Shown here: positions 41,358-51,402 of the stretch, one piece after another
Position numbering within the stretch: the stretch's first letter is position 1
Layout: each line of letters starts with the position of its first letter
NCBI GenBank assembly: GCA_947451475.1
Contig: CANFZC010000003.1
Location: 11,169-75,168 of the forward strand
DNA: 64,000 nucleotides
Direction of reading: 5' to 3'
Source: Flavobacteriaceae bacterium
GTDB taxonomy: Bacteria > Bacteroidota > Bacteroidia > Flavobacteriales > Flavobacteriaceae
Program-made: the position numbers and the translations under genes
The notes under the pieces: generated by a model
The model's input: only the letters and a program-made list of their open reading frames with translations
What the model was told of the DNA's origin: nothing
The model's database searches: none

Positions 41358-43166
41358 TTACTCGATCACTAATTTTTTAGTAATATGGTTAGCGGTCTTA
41401 ACGAGATAGATTCCAGCAGCTAAACCTGCGGTGTCAATGGTAGTTGCTCCGTTCTTAGTCAAAACTAAATGGCCTACCATATCATAAACCGTAAGGTCTT
41501 GTGCGCTGCTTAACGTTACAATCCCCTTGTTAGATGGGTTTGGATAAAGAGTAAAATCGTTAGCTACCGCAAAACTCGGAGTACCCAATGAGGTTACACT
41601 AACCGTCACATCATCCAAAGCCAATTGCGCTCGTGCTCCAGTACCACTGATATAATAATAGACCCAACGCACTTCTACCAAAGCTTGTCCATTGCATTCA
41701 AAAGGTAAAAAGCAAGTCTTAACTTCTGACGTAGCGTCTTCTCCACTCAAATACTCGACTGTTTCTGGAAATTCTAACCAACCAACATTACCATTGCCTC
41801 CGCCGTTACCTACTCGATATTGCATTCTTAGGCCATAGGCTCTTAGGTTTTTTAAAATAGTTCTACCGGTCCAATTTACGGTGATAACTGACGCACTGGT
41901 TACAGCGGTAGTGTTAAATGCCATGACAATGGCACCCGCTCTCCCATTGGTAACCGTCGTACCGGTCGCTTGCGTAGGGTCAGTCCCATCACATACACCA
42001 GTAAACTGCGAATTCCCGGTGTTGATAAAAGAAACACCGTTATCTCCTTCGCCATTAAATCGTGATCTAGTCGTTAAATTATACAAACAAGTCCAATCTT
42101 CGATAAATAAAGTATTCAAATCAGGATCAGCGGTCGCATGCGTCCAAAAGACCATATTGGCAGGATAAGTACCAGCCACACTGGCACCGTCCCAAGCAGA
42201 GAAAACACTAGTGTCTGAACCTTCAAATAGGTCCAATGGCAAAGGGTCAGTTACGATAGAAACCGAAGTGTCGCCAGTAAGGGCAACGTTTTGGGTAGTG
42301 GCTTCAAAAGAAGTTACGGTCAAAGTGCCAGCAGTACTGCCGGCAACGCTACTGTTTAAACGAACGTAGATAGGGGTTGACAATAACGTACCAAAAGTTG
42401 GTATTAAATTCAACGAAGTAGTAAATCCACTTCCAGAAGCTAAGGAAATTTCATAATTAACGGGAGCAGTAACCGTTACATCACTTGTTAAATTACTTCC
42501 AATTATATTAAAATACTGGCTTTGCGAAGGCACTCCCAATACTTGTGAAAATGCCAAGCTGCTTTGACTCACCGCTAGTTGCGGGGTGCTAACTTGCTGA
42601 ATGGCAACATCATCAATGACCATTTTAGCGGCAGTGGAGGTTCCTGCAGCGCCACGTGTGATCAAGAAACGGACTAATACACTCGCCTGATTATTAGCTT
42701 CAATAGGTAACGCATAAGTGTAAGTCGTAAATGCTGTTTGATTAGCATTAGGCAAAGAAGCTACTGGAACACTTCCTAACCAAGTGATTCCTCCATCAAT
42801 AGAAGTACTCATGGTTAAAACCGCATCACGGGTCCCAGCGCCATTCAACATGGATTTAGCCAAAAAGCTAACGGCAACCGATTGATAAGAGGTTAAGTTT
42901 AAGCTAACTTGAATATCGCCATTAAACGAGCTGGTGGGTATAATACTCATGGCCGCTGGTGCAGAATTAAAATCTACTTCATCTCTAAAGATTCGAGACG
43001 AAGGGGGAGCAACTACATTTCCCGTCCAATTCGGAATAAAAGTAGACGGAGTTCCCTCTACAAATACAGCATCAAAACTTTCAGCAGCAGGTAAACTACT
43101 AATTTGCCCAAAAGCAGTCCCCGAAGCACATACGAAGGAAATTATAAAAAGTACTTTTTTCATCAT
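41358..43166 (-). CDS. T9SS type A sorting-domain protein with two beta-sandwich domains
   Basis: Signal peptide ending AFG; C-terminal FTLYPNPSNKG...YDMVG...GIYLVK...TKKLVIE. Confidence 0.88.
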   Translation of the reverse strand: MMKKVLFIISFVCASGTAFGQISSLPAAESFDAVFVEGTPSTFIPNWTGNVVAPPSSRIFRDEVDFNSAPAAMSIIPTSSFNGDIQVSLNLTSYQSVAVSFLAKSMLNGAGTRDAVLTMSTSIDGGITWLGSVPVASLPNANQTAFTTYTYALPIEANNQASVLVRFLITRGAAGTSTAAKMVIDDVAIQQVSTPQLAVSQSSLAFSQVLGVPSQSQYFNIIGSNLTSDVTVTAPVNYEISLASGSGFTTSLNLIPTFGTLLSTPIYVRLNSSVAGSTAGTLTVTSFEATTQNVALTGDTSVSIVTDPLPLDLFEGSDTSVFSAWDGASVAGTYPANMVFWTHATADPDLNTLFIEDWTCLYNLTTRSRFNGEGDNGVSFINTGNSQFTGVCDGTDPTQATGTTVTNGRAGAIVMAFNTTAVTSASVITVNWTGRTILKNLRAYGLRMQYRVGNGGGNGNVGWLEFPETVEYLSGEDATSEVKTCFLPFECNGQALVEVRWVYYYISGTGARAQLALDDVTVSVTSLGTPSFAVANDFTLYPNPSNKGIVTLSSAQDLTVYDMVGHLVLTKNGATTIDTAGLAAGIYLVKTANHITKKLVIE

Positions 43167-43200
43167 TGTAATTAAATTTAGGTATTAAACGTTTTTAAGA

Positions 43201-44370
43201 TTATAAAGAGAATTGCATTCCTAAACGATATTGATCTTTCCAATTAAACGGATCAATGCTTTCATCTTTAAATATTTTAAAATATTGGAATTTAATCATA
43301 GCATTATATCCTTTAAGCTTATAGCCGATTGCCGGTGAAAAGCGTTGCGATTTACCCTTAACTAAATCATTCAAATCAACTTCTTCGTAACGGGCCGATA
43401 GTATCGTGCCCCAATCTTTAATGTAATAATTTAATTGTGTAAGATATCCTCCCGCTAAGATATAACCTTTTGTTTGGGAATTAGTAAAATTTTGAAATAA
43501 AGGGTCATTGGTGTTTTGTGGTTCCATTTTTAATTGGTGTATTTCAAATTGCCCCGAAAACCCCATATATTGAAAAGCAGCATCAAAACCATACACATAG
43601 CGTTTGCCATCAATTACTTTTAAACCATAAGAACTAGAAGCACCAGCTGGAAAAGCAGCTCCAGTAGGTAGTGATTTATCAGTATAGCGTCCAGCAATTC
43701 CAATAGAAAACATCGGAATAGGAGTATGACGATCATCAACTTCTCTGTATCTAAATCTACTTGGGTACGAAATATCAAAGCGCCCTACATACTCCAAGGC
43801 ACCACTAGGGTCATTGTCACCATTTAATGAATATTCACCCAGACCACTATAAGCTCCCAAGTATACATTGGCTCTTTGCTTCCAAAAGTTTTTAATAAAA
43901 GTTACTCCAATATCGCGTACAGAAAAGATAGACCCTCTGGTTATTTCAGCACTTTGCCAATAAGCAGTATTCTCAAAAGGGACCATTGTACTTCTAGAAT
44001 AGTGCAGTTTGCCATAGCCCATTTCGATGTCGCAAAATTTAAATCCTTTATAAGTAACATTTGCGGCCAATAATCCTGGGTTTTCTGGATCAATAACGGT
44101 ATTGATATTATTGGCTGCTATATCGGCAAAGTCTACCTTAAGCGTGTATTCAAAATCATTTCCCACGCGTCCGTCTATCCCCAATTGGGCATCACGAAGT
44201 TTAAAACGATTCTTCGATTGATCGGTTTCTCCTGCGTTTAAAGTACGTGAATTATAAAAGGTAGAAAAACTTGTGGATAGCTCCATAGTATTCTTTCCCG
44301 AACTAATAGTAAACTGTGCAAAAGAAGTGGAGACCGCTATTAAAAGTATAAAAGATAAAAATGATTTCAT
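43201..44370 (-). CDS. Outer-membrane porin, OprO/OprP (phosphate-selective porin)-like
   Basis: Signal peptide from ATG 44370; FKLRDAQL, RDIGV, G..NG-like segment, ARYE, terminal aromatic-type strand YRLGMQFSL. Confidence 0.65.
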   Translation of the reverse strand: MKSFLSFILLIAVSTSFAQFTISSGKNTMELSTSFSTFYNSRTLNAGETDQSKNRFKLRDAQLGIDGRVGNDFEYTLKVDFADIAANNINTVIDPENPGLLAANVTYKGFKFCDIEMGYGKLHYSRSTMVPFENTAYWQSAEITRGSIFSVRDIGVTFIKNFWKQRANVYLGAYSGLGEYSLNGDNDPSGALEYVGRFDISYPSRFRYREVDDRHTPIPMFSIGIAGRYTDKSLPTGAAFPAGASSSYGLKVIDGKRYVYGFDAAFQYMGFSGQFEIHQLKMEPQNTNDPLFQNFTNSQTKGYILAGGYLTQLNYYIKDWGTILSARYEEVDLNDLVKGKSQRFSPAIGYKLKGYNAMIKFQYFKIFKDESIDPFNWKDQYRLGMQFSL

Positions 44371-44371
44371 T

Positions 44372-45106
44372 TTATTTTGTTTCAGGATGGTTAAAATAAT
44401 ACAAACGTTGCATGTCATCACAAGTAATGAGTAAGTTCCCGTCTTTGTCAAAAGCCAATCCTTCCGGATTTATAACGGGCAACGACCATTTTTGAATTAC
44501 GTCATAAGTGTCTGGATTTACCTTGATAAGCATCATGTCTTCATCACTCAACAAATACAAGTCATTTTTGTAAAAGCGAGCAGAGGAAATGTCTCTAGCA
44601 ATACCGCTAATATCGGTTTGCTTCACCACATTAAAACTTAAATCCAATTCGATAACTAAAATCGGACTGCTCTCCGTAACTAAAACATAATTGTTTTTAA
44701 TAGGATTAAAAGTAAAGGACTCATAGCCTTTATTCTTGGGTCCGTCATAACGAACCGTGGTGGTTTTTGTAACCTTAAAAGTCTTCTTGTCGTATTGATA
44801 GATTGTTCGGCCCGACTCATCCACAGCATAAACATTGTTAGAATCAACATAAACCGCTTCAAAATCAGTGTCTTTTTCCTCCTTTTTGCGAATAACTTTT
44901 CCCTCTAAATCTGTTTCAAATAGGATGCCTTGATCGCTAACTATATAGCAACTATTGCTTGCGGCATCATAACAGATGTCAGAGGGTTCTGGAACAGCAA
45001 TAGATACATGCTTGGTTGGTTTTAGCTTTATCGCTTTTTGTGCCTGTACAGACAAACTCACTAAACACAAACCAGTTACTAAAACGGTTGTTGCTTTTTG
45101 TATCAT
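44372..45106 (-). CDS. SdiA-regulated / YjiK-like beta-propeller protein
   Basis: Repeated blades EPSDICY, DFEAVYV, GYESFTF, DISSARF, NPEGLAF; signal peptide ending VQA. Confidence 0.8.
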   Translation of the reverse strand: MIQKATTVLVTGLCLVSLSVQAQKAIKLKPTKHVSIAVPEPSDICYDAASNSCYIVSDQGILFETDLEGKVIRKKEEKDTDFEAVYVDSNNVYAVDESGRTIYQYDKKTFKVTKTTTVRYDGPKNKGYESFTFNPIKNNYVLVTESSPILVIELDLSFNVVKQTDISGIARDISSARFYKNDLYLLSDEDMMLIKVNPDTYDVIQKWSLPVINPEGLAFDKDGNLLITCDDMQRLYYFNHPETK

Positions 45107-46569
45107 AAAATGTTTCCTTGAAAAGTTATATTGTCAAAACGGTTATTCCCTGAAGTCCCTGAGGCATTGGTACCACCAAAATCTATTTTGATTTTAAAAT
45201 TAGGATTGTTCACTACACTGGAAATAGTTGAAAAATCCAACGTAATAATATCATAACTAGGGTCTATGTTAGGAGAAAATGTTGTGGTAGTTAAGCCTGT
45301 AGTAATGTAATTAGTCCCGTCGATAGTGTAGGAGTAATTTTGAATGGTGGCACCAGATGAAGTGCGGTCGGTAGCAAACTGTACAATAATATTCTTGTAA
45401 CCTAAAGTAGAAGCCGAAATAATCAAACTGCGGGTATCACTCGGATTTCGGACGCGCAAACCCAGTCCATCGAGGTCGCCATTTTGGCTGTTTAACGTAG
45501 TGCCCGGACTCACTTGGTCTAAGTAGCCAGCGCCACTGCCCGGATAAGTAATGGTGTTAGTAGTAGTTGAAAGTAAAGAAACATCCGCAGGAATACTAGT
45601 TAACGTTCCAGTAGGAAGTGTGTTGAAATTCCAATAATGGATCAAATATAAGGTGTTATCTACAACAGCACTTACCGCTATGGATACAACAAAGGTAGTG
45701 CTTCCTGAACTATTAGTGGCCGTTACTGTATAGTTGGTTGCCAAACTCAATTGTGTAGGTGTGCCACTAATGACCCCCGTTGTCGTATTCAATTGCAGTC
45801 CCGCTGGTAATGCCGGACTAATGCTATAGGATGTGACAGTTCCAGTAACACTAGGACTTAAAGGCACTATTGCCTGATTAATTGTGAAATTATTAGTAGC
45901 TAAATAACCTAAGTTGGCAGGTGGGGCATCCATTCCTACTACGGTTACATTGTCAAAACGATTGTTTCCGGTAGCTCCCGAAGCGGTATCGCCAGAAAAA
46001 TCTATCTTAAGTTTAAAGTTAGGGTTGTTATTCACCGTTTCGATGGCTCTAAAGTCTAAACTAACAACAGCATTTAATGGATCAATATCCCCATTATGAG
46101 TAGTAATATTTAATCCTTCAGTCGTATAATTTATGCCGTCAATTGAATACGAGTAGTTTTGTTGTGCCGCTCCCGAAGAGGATTTGGCGGTAGCAAACTG
46201 TACTACTATTTTTTGATAACCTACCGTAGGAATCGTAAATAATAAAGATCGAGTATCACTAGGGTTTCGTGCTCTTAAACCGTCTCCAGCCAAATCACCG
46301 TTTTGTGCATTGCTGTCATAGCCCGGTGAAAATGCATCTAGATAGCCAGCGCCTGTGCCTTCGTAAGTAATTGTTGGAGAAGCACTAGGTAATAAAGTAA
46401 AATCGGCCACCACGGCGTCAAGCGTTCCTGTTGCTAACGAATTGAAATTCCAATAGTGAATCAACTTACTAGTGCCGTCTATTACGATGTCATTACTAGG
46501 GATTACTCGGTCTTCGGTACATGAAAGGAATAGGAGTAGAGAAAAGATAAATAAGTACCTTATTTTCAT
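45103..46569 (-). CDS. Lipoprotein with two duplicated beta-sandwich domains around a He_PIG-type Ig domain
   Basis: Lipobox LFLSC; LIHYWNFN...RNPSDTRSL...NNRFDN twice; central PALPAGLQLNTTTGVISGTPT. Confidence 0.85.
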   Translation of the reverse strand: MKIRYLFIFSLLLFLSCTEDRVIPSNDIVIDGTSKLIHYWNFNSLATGTLDAVVADFTLLPSASPTITYEGTGAGYLDAFSPGYDSNAQNGDLAGDGLRARNPSDTRSLLFTIPTVGYQKIVVQFATAKSSSGAAQQNYSYSIDGINYTTEGLNITTHNGDIDPLNAVVSLDFRAIETVNNNPNFKLKIDFSGDTASGATGNNRFDNVTVVGMDAPPANLGYLATNNFTINQAIVPLSPSVTGTVTSYSISPALPAGLQLNTTTGVISGTPTQLSLATNYTVTATNSSGSTTFVVSIAVSAVVDNTLYLIHYWNFNTLPTGTLTSIPADVSLLSTTTNTITYPGSGAGYLDQVSPGTTLNSQNGDLDGLGLRVRNPSDTRSLIISASTLGYKNIIVQFATDRTSSGATIQNYSYTIDGTNYITTGLTTTTFSPNIDPSYDIITLDFSTISSVVNNPNFKIKIDFGGTNASGTSGNNRFDNITFQGNIL

Positions 46570-46585
46570 GGGATTAATTTTTCCA

Positions 46586-46593
46586 CAAACTTA
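46586..46593 (-). promoter_or_regulatory. -7 promoter box of the minus-strand operon
   Basis: Reverse complement TAAGTTTG, 16 bp before ATG 46569. Confidence 0.6.
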
Positions 46594-46613
46594 GAGAAGG
46601 TTTTAGGATAAGA

Positions 46614-46632
46614 TGTTAATTTAAAATTAACA
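46614..46632. promoter_or_regulatory. 19-bp palindrome, candidate operator
   Basis: TGTTAATTT-A-AAATTAACA, lying over the expected -33 zone of the minus-strand promoter. Confidence 0.4.
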
Positions 46633-46874
46633 CTATGTAAAGTAAAGGATACTTGTAAGTTGTTGCAAAATAAAATATTTTGAGTGTAAGTGATTGTAAA
46701 TGAGTACGGATAGTTGTTTTTGGAAACGGGTGCAATTGAAGTTAATGGTGCTTAAAGTAGGTGGTTTTAAGTATGTTTACAATAACATAATATTATATTG
46801 ATTCCGTTCATCGAACATTAGTTTAGTTTTGCAGAGTATTTCAATTGAAAATATTAAAAATCAAAATATTGTAA

Positions 46875-46882
46875 TAAATTTG
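46875..46882 (+). promoter_or_regulatory. -7 promoter box
   Basis: TAAATTTG; implies start at ATG 46907 rather than TTG 46829. Confidence 0.6.
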
Positions 46883-46906
46883 CACAATATAAATATAAAG
46901 AACCCT

Positions 46907-49900
46907 ATGAAAAATAAAGTCGTACCATCGTTTAGTAAGCTGGTTTTTATTTTTTCTCTTTTTTTAGTTAGTACTTTTGGTAACGCTCAAACCATATTCA
47001 CTTCTTGGACTTTTGATCCAGTGCAAGGGACTTTCACAAATCCAACACCCAATTTTGGTTCAGGTACAGCTGCAGTAGTCAACTCAGGAACTCCTTTAAC
47101 CGCAACAGGTTTTTCGTCAACTACAGGCTGTGGTTCGGCGAACTCAGGCCTAGGATGGCAACATCAACCCTTTAATCCGGGTTTAACAAATGAAGTTAAT
47201 GGAGTGCAATTCAATTCAGGCACAGTAGGCTACACCAACATCATATTTTCATGGGACCAACGATTCTCGGGGACTGCTCCCAATACCGTCCGTCTTCAAT
47301 ATACCACCAATGGTTCAACTTGGACCAATTTCACCATGACTGGGACTAACACAACGATTTGTGCAGGTTCCATAAATGGCAATGGATGTTATGAGACCAA
47401 TGCTGGGAATTCTTATAGAAGAGTCATAGTGAACTTTTCTTCCATTGCAGCGGCCAATAACAATCCAAGCTTTGGTATTCGATTATTAGCTTCTTATTAT
47501 CAAGCCACAGGGCAGTATAGACAAAGTTCTACGCCAGCATCCATCGCCTCAACTACCGGAGCTTGGCGTTTTGATAACGTAAACTTTCTAGGAACGCCCA
47601 ATACTACCGGAGCAATATTGTCCGGTTCCACAACGATTTGTCCAGCGACGTCAACCAACATTACCGCGACAATTATAGGTGGTACAGCTCCTTACACTGT
47701 GGTGTATACAGATGGTACGACCAACTATACCGTAAATAACTATACTTCAGGGGCTACTATTTCAGTGTTGCCTACAACGACAATAACCACCTATTCGTTG
47801 GTGTCAGTTGCAGATAGCTCAAGTGCGGGTATTAGCCCAACGTCAGGTTCTGCCATTGTGACCCAAGATGCTGGTATTTCGCCAACTTTCATTGTTTCGG
47901 CACCTGCAACCTCTTGTCCAGGGACTAGTATAACCTACACCACCCAAGCTGGAATGGATCCCTATACTTGGACGTTCTATAATGGAGCAGCTCCAGCCGT
48001 TTTAGGAACGGATTACACCATCACCACAAACCCATTGACACCAGAAACCGTTGTCGTTCAATGGCTACTCGCTTCGGGTACAGCAACGTTCACTGCAGGA
48101 GTGACCTATAGCTCTTGTTCGGGAAGTACGGCCACTTCAGCAACAGTAGTTTCCTTGCCGACAGTCACCTTTACCACCCAGCCAGGAGCAACCGGCTGTG
48201 CAAATACCGATACTACCTATACCACCCAAGCCGGTCAATCCAATTATGTATGGACTTTCTCGGGAACGCTAGGTACTGATTATACCATTACATCAGGAGG
48301 GAATTCCTCAAGTAATACAGCTGTAGTAAAATGGTTAACCACCACAGGAACAAAAACCGTATCGGTTAATTATACCAACGCAACGGGATGTACTGCTGCA
48401 TCAGCAACGACTTCAACCGCATCAACCGTTTTTGCTGTACCTGCTCCAACATTTACGGCAACGCCTGCAGCCAACGTTTGCGCAGGTTCTAATGTAATTT
48501 ATACGACCCAACCTAGTAGATTTAATTATGTATGGACGTTTCCGGGCACCGCCGGAGTGGATTATAATATAGTCTCTGGTGGAAATGCAACTAGTAACAC
48601 CGTTACTTTAAATTGGATCACAAGTGGTAGTAAAACAGTAACCGTTAATTACAGTAACCAAACAACACCAAATTGCGGAGCAGTAAGCCCTGCAGCATTT
48701 ACAAACAATGTGAATGTCGTTCCAGTAATTACTTCGCAACCTAGTACAGCTGCACAAACAACTTGTTTAGGTACGCCTTTTGCGCCTATTTCAGTTACAG
48801 CTTCAGGTGTAAATCTTACCTATCAGTGGTGGGGAAATACAGCGCAAACGCTACTCCTTGGATTGCCAACGGGGGGAGCTCCTACAGGAGTTGCAACGAC
48901 TACATTTACAGCGCCTTCTGCAACGGCAGGAGTTAAATACTATTATGTAATTGTATCTAGTTCGGGCTGTTCAAGTGCAAAAAGTGCCGCATACACGGGA
49001 GCCTATACTGTTAATCCAACTTCTGTTGGAGGAACCATTGCTGGTAGTACTACCGTTTGTTCAGGTACCAATAGTACTACGTTAACCTTAAGCGGACATA
49101 CAGGAACCATCACCAAATGGCAAAGTGCCAGTGATGCCGCATTTACAACACCAGTGGACATTGCCAATACAGTAACTACACTTACGGTAACCAATCTTAC
49201 CGCAACGACCTATTATAGAGCGGTACTCACAAGCGGGGTTTGTCCCGCTGCAAATAGTGCTTCAGCAACCATTACGGTAAGCCCAGTTTCTGTGGGTGGA
49301 ACGATAGCAGGTGGCGGCACTATATGTTCGAATACAACAACTACACTGACACTAAGTGGCTATACAGGAACGATTACCAAATGGCAAAGCGCCAGTGATG
49401 CTGCCTTTACAACGCCAGTAGATATTGTAAATACTACGCCAACATTGGCGGTGACCAACTTAACCACAACAACCTATTACAGAGCCGTAGTGCAAAGTAG
49501 CCCTTGTTCGTTAGCTTATTCGACTTCAGCGCAATTGCTCTATAAAGCAACCACTTGGAATGGAACAATATGGAGTAACGGCGTTCCCGATAGTACTACC
49601 AAAGCTATTTTTGGGGCTATCTATAACTCGGCAGGCAGTGGTGCAGGTGATTTACAAGCCTGTTCGCTAGAAGTTTTAACCAATGCTATAGTAACCGTTC
49701 GCTCAGGGGATACGTTTACCATCCAAAACGAAATAAAAATTCCGTCTTCCATGCTGCCAACGGCCTTGATTTTTGAAGATTCAGCCAATCTAATACAAGT
49801 GAATAACGTTGTCAATACAGATTACATCTATTACAGAAGAAATACTACGCCAATTAAACAGTATGACTATACGTATTGGTCATCGCCAGTGGTTAGCGAG

Positions 49901-51172
49901 GTCTTATCGACCTTTTCTCCTAATACGACGCAAGTGTTTAAATGGGATACCAGCATTTACAATTGGTCGTTTGTAAGTACAGCGTCTACGATGAATGTGG
50001 GTACAGGATACATAGTGAGAGCGCCCGATGCAGCACCTTTCAATCCAACAACAGCTAATATCTTCAATGGTGAGTTTTTCGGAATCCCAAATAATGGTAC
50101 CCTTACAACTCCTATCGTGGTAACAGGGGCCAATAACTTGAACTTAATTGGAAATCCGTATCCTTCCGCCTTGGATGCTGATAGTTTTATAACCTATAAC
50201 CAACCAGCAAATGGCGGTGTTTTAGCAGGGACCATGTATTTTTGGACGCATAATACACCTATTACGGCCAATAATTATACCAGCAATGATTATGCAAGCT
50301 ACAACTTAACCGGTGGAGTAGGGACTATGGCTCCTAGTAATCCTTGTGCAGGTTGTAATAGTGCCATGCCCAATGGTAAAGTTGCCGCCGGACAAGCCTT
50401 CTTCATTCCAGCGCAAAGTAGCGGAGTAGCCACCTACACCAATACCATGCGTTCTGCCGTGAACAATCAGTTTTTTAAATCAAACACTGCCGTAACTTCT
50501 ATTGAGAAAAACAGATTTTGGTTGGATATTTCAAATACGGACGGTTTGTATAAACAAGTATTAATAGGATATGTTGAAGGTGCTACCAATGAAATTGATC
50601 CTGCCTTTGATGGTAAATCAATAGATGTAGGAAACCCAATCATGATCTATTCTATAGAAGGAGATTCAAAATTAGCCATACAAGGTAGAGGTTTGCCATT
50701 CAATCAAAATGACATAATTGCAATAGGGTATAAGTCTACCGTTGCCAGTGCATTCGAATTCAAACTATCTAACTTTGACGGACTTTTTACCAATCAAGAC
50801 ATTATCATTGAAGATACACTTCAAAATGTTTTCTTTAATTTAAGAGAGGGTGACTATAGTTTTACAACAGAAATAGGAACTTTTGATACCCGATTTAAAT
50901 TACATTTTATAGATACATCAACATTACATACAGCTACTATAAATGCTGCTTCTTTTGTAGTCTATACTGTAAACAATCAAACAACGATCAATGCAGGGAC
51001 AATCAATATGAAACAAGTGGCTTTATTTGATATTCAAGGCAGGTTGCTGCAAAATCATGAGGTTAAAGATGTTCCAGAATATAAGTTTGTAGCCCCACCA
51101 CAAAATCAAGTAATCCTACTTAAGATTACGACTAGTGATGACAAAATAGTCTTTAAAAAGATAGTAATTTAA
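46907..51172 (+). CDS. Large T9SS-secreted adhesin-like protein (beta-sandwich head, PKD/Ig repeats, ChiA-type/type C CTD)
   Basis: Signal peptide ending GNA; three PKD-like repeats (YTTQ...Y.WTF); C-terminal module homologous to that of 33679..40530. Confidence 0.88.
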   Translation: MKNKVVPSFSKLVFIFSLFLVSTFGNAQTIFTSWTFDPVQGTFTNPTPNFGSGTAAVVNSGTPLTATGFSSTTGCGSANSGLGWQHQPFNPGLTNEVNGVQFNSGTVGYTNIIFSWDQRFSGTAPNTVRLQYTTNGSTWTNFTMTGTNTTICAGSINGNGCYETNAGNSYRRVIVNFSSIAAANNNPSFGIRLLASYYQATGQYRQSSTPASIASTTGAWRFDNVNFLGTPNTTGAILSGSTTICPATSTNITATIIGGTAPYTVVYTDGTTNYTVNNYTSGATISVLPTTTITTYSLVSVADSSSAGISPTSGSAIVTQDAGISPTFIVSAPATSCPGTSITYTTQAGMDPYTWTFYNGAAPAVLGTDYTITTNPLTPETVVVQWLLASGTATFTAGVTYSSCSGSTATSATVVSLPTVTFTTQPGATGCANTDTTYTTQAGQSNYVWTFSGTLGTDYTITSGGNSSSNTAVVKWLTTTGTKTVSVNYTNATGCTAASATTSTASTVFAVPAPTFTATPAANVCAGSNVIYTTQPSRFNYVWTFPGTAGVDYNIVSGGNATSNTVTLNWITSGSKTVTVNYSNQTTPNCGAVSPAAFTNNVNVVPVITSQPSTAAQTTCLGTPFAPISVTASGVNLTYQWWGNTAQTLLLGLPTGGAPTGVATTTFTAPSATAGVKYYYVIVSSSGCSSAKSAAYTGAYTVNPTSVGGTIAGSTTVCSGTNSTTLTLSGHTGTITKWQSASDAAFTTPVDIANTVTTLTVTNLTATTYYRAVLTSGVCPAANSASATITVSPVSVGGTIAGGGTICSNTTTTLTLSGYTGTITKWQSASDAAFTTPVDIVNTTPTLAVTNLTTTTYYRAVVQSSPCSLAYSTSAQLLYKATTWNGTIWSNGVPDSTTKAIFGAIYNSAGSGAGDLQACSLEVLTNAIVTVRSGDTFTIQNEIKIPSSMLPTALIFEDSANLIQVNNVVNTDYIYYRRNTTPIKQYDYTYWSSPVVSEVLSTFSPNTTQVFKWDTSIYNWSFVSTASTMNVGTGYIVRAPDAAPFNPTTANIFNGEFFGIPNNGTLTTPIVVTGANNLNLIGNPYPSALDADSFITYNQPANGGVLAGTMYFWTHNTPITANNYTSNDYASYNLTGGVGTMAPSNPCAGCNSAMPNGKVAAGQAFFIPAQSSGVATYTNTMRSAVNNQFFKSNTAVTSIEKNRFWLDISNTDGLYKQVLIGYVEGATNEIDPAFDGKSIDVGNPIMIYSIEGDSKLAIQGRGLPFNQNDIIAIGYKSTVASAFEFKLSNFDGLFTNQDIIIEDTLQNVFFNLREGDYSFTTEIGTFDTRFKLHFIDTSTLHTATINAASFVVYTVNNQTTINAGTINMKQVALFDIQGRLLQNHEVKDVPEYKFVAPPQNQVILLKITTSDDKIVFKKIVI

Positions 51173-51209
51173 AATAAACCTATTTTTTTAACATTGTTAA
51201 AATACCAGT

Positions 51210-51245
51210 AAACTTCCTACAGTAAAATCTATAGGAAGTTTTTTT
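51210..51245 (+). terminator. Rho-independent terminator
   Basis: Stem AAACTTCCTA/TAGGAAGTTT plus T tract. Confidence 0.8.
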
Positions 51246-51402
51246 ATTTTCAACGGTATTACTAAAAATACCGATAAAATACATCATTTTTCGATAAAAT
51301 ACCTGTTAACAATTTGATAACAAACTAATTATAAGTTATCCCTAAAAAAGTGATTATTAGGTAGTAATTTAGAACCCTAAAACAATTTAAAATTAAGTAT
51401 TA

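Noticed and set aside
421-46906. Upstream starts given by the track at 421, 8992, 18353, 33670, 44451 and 46829
   Set aside because: They overlap a promoter box or neighbouring gene, or precede a better ATG with a clean N-terminus (463, 9019, 18380, 33679, 44370, 46907).
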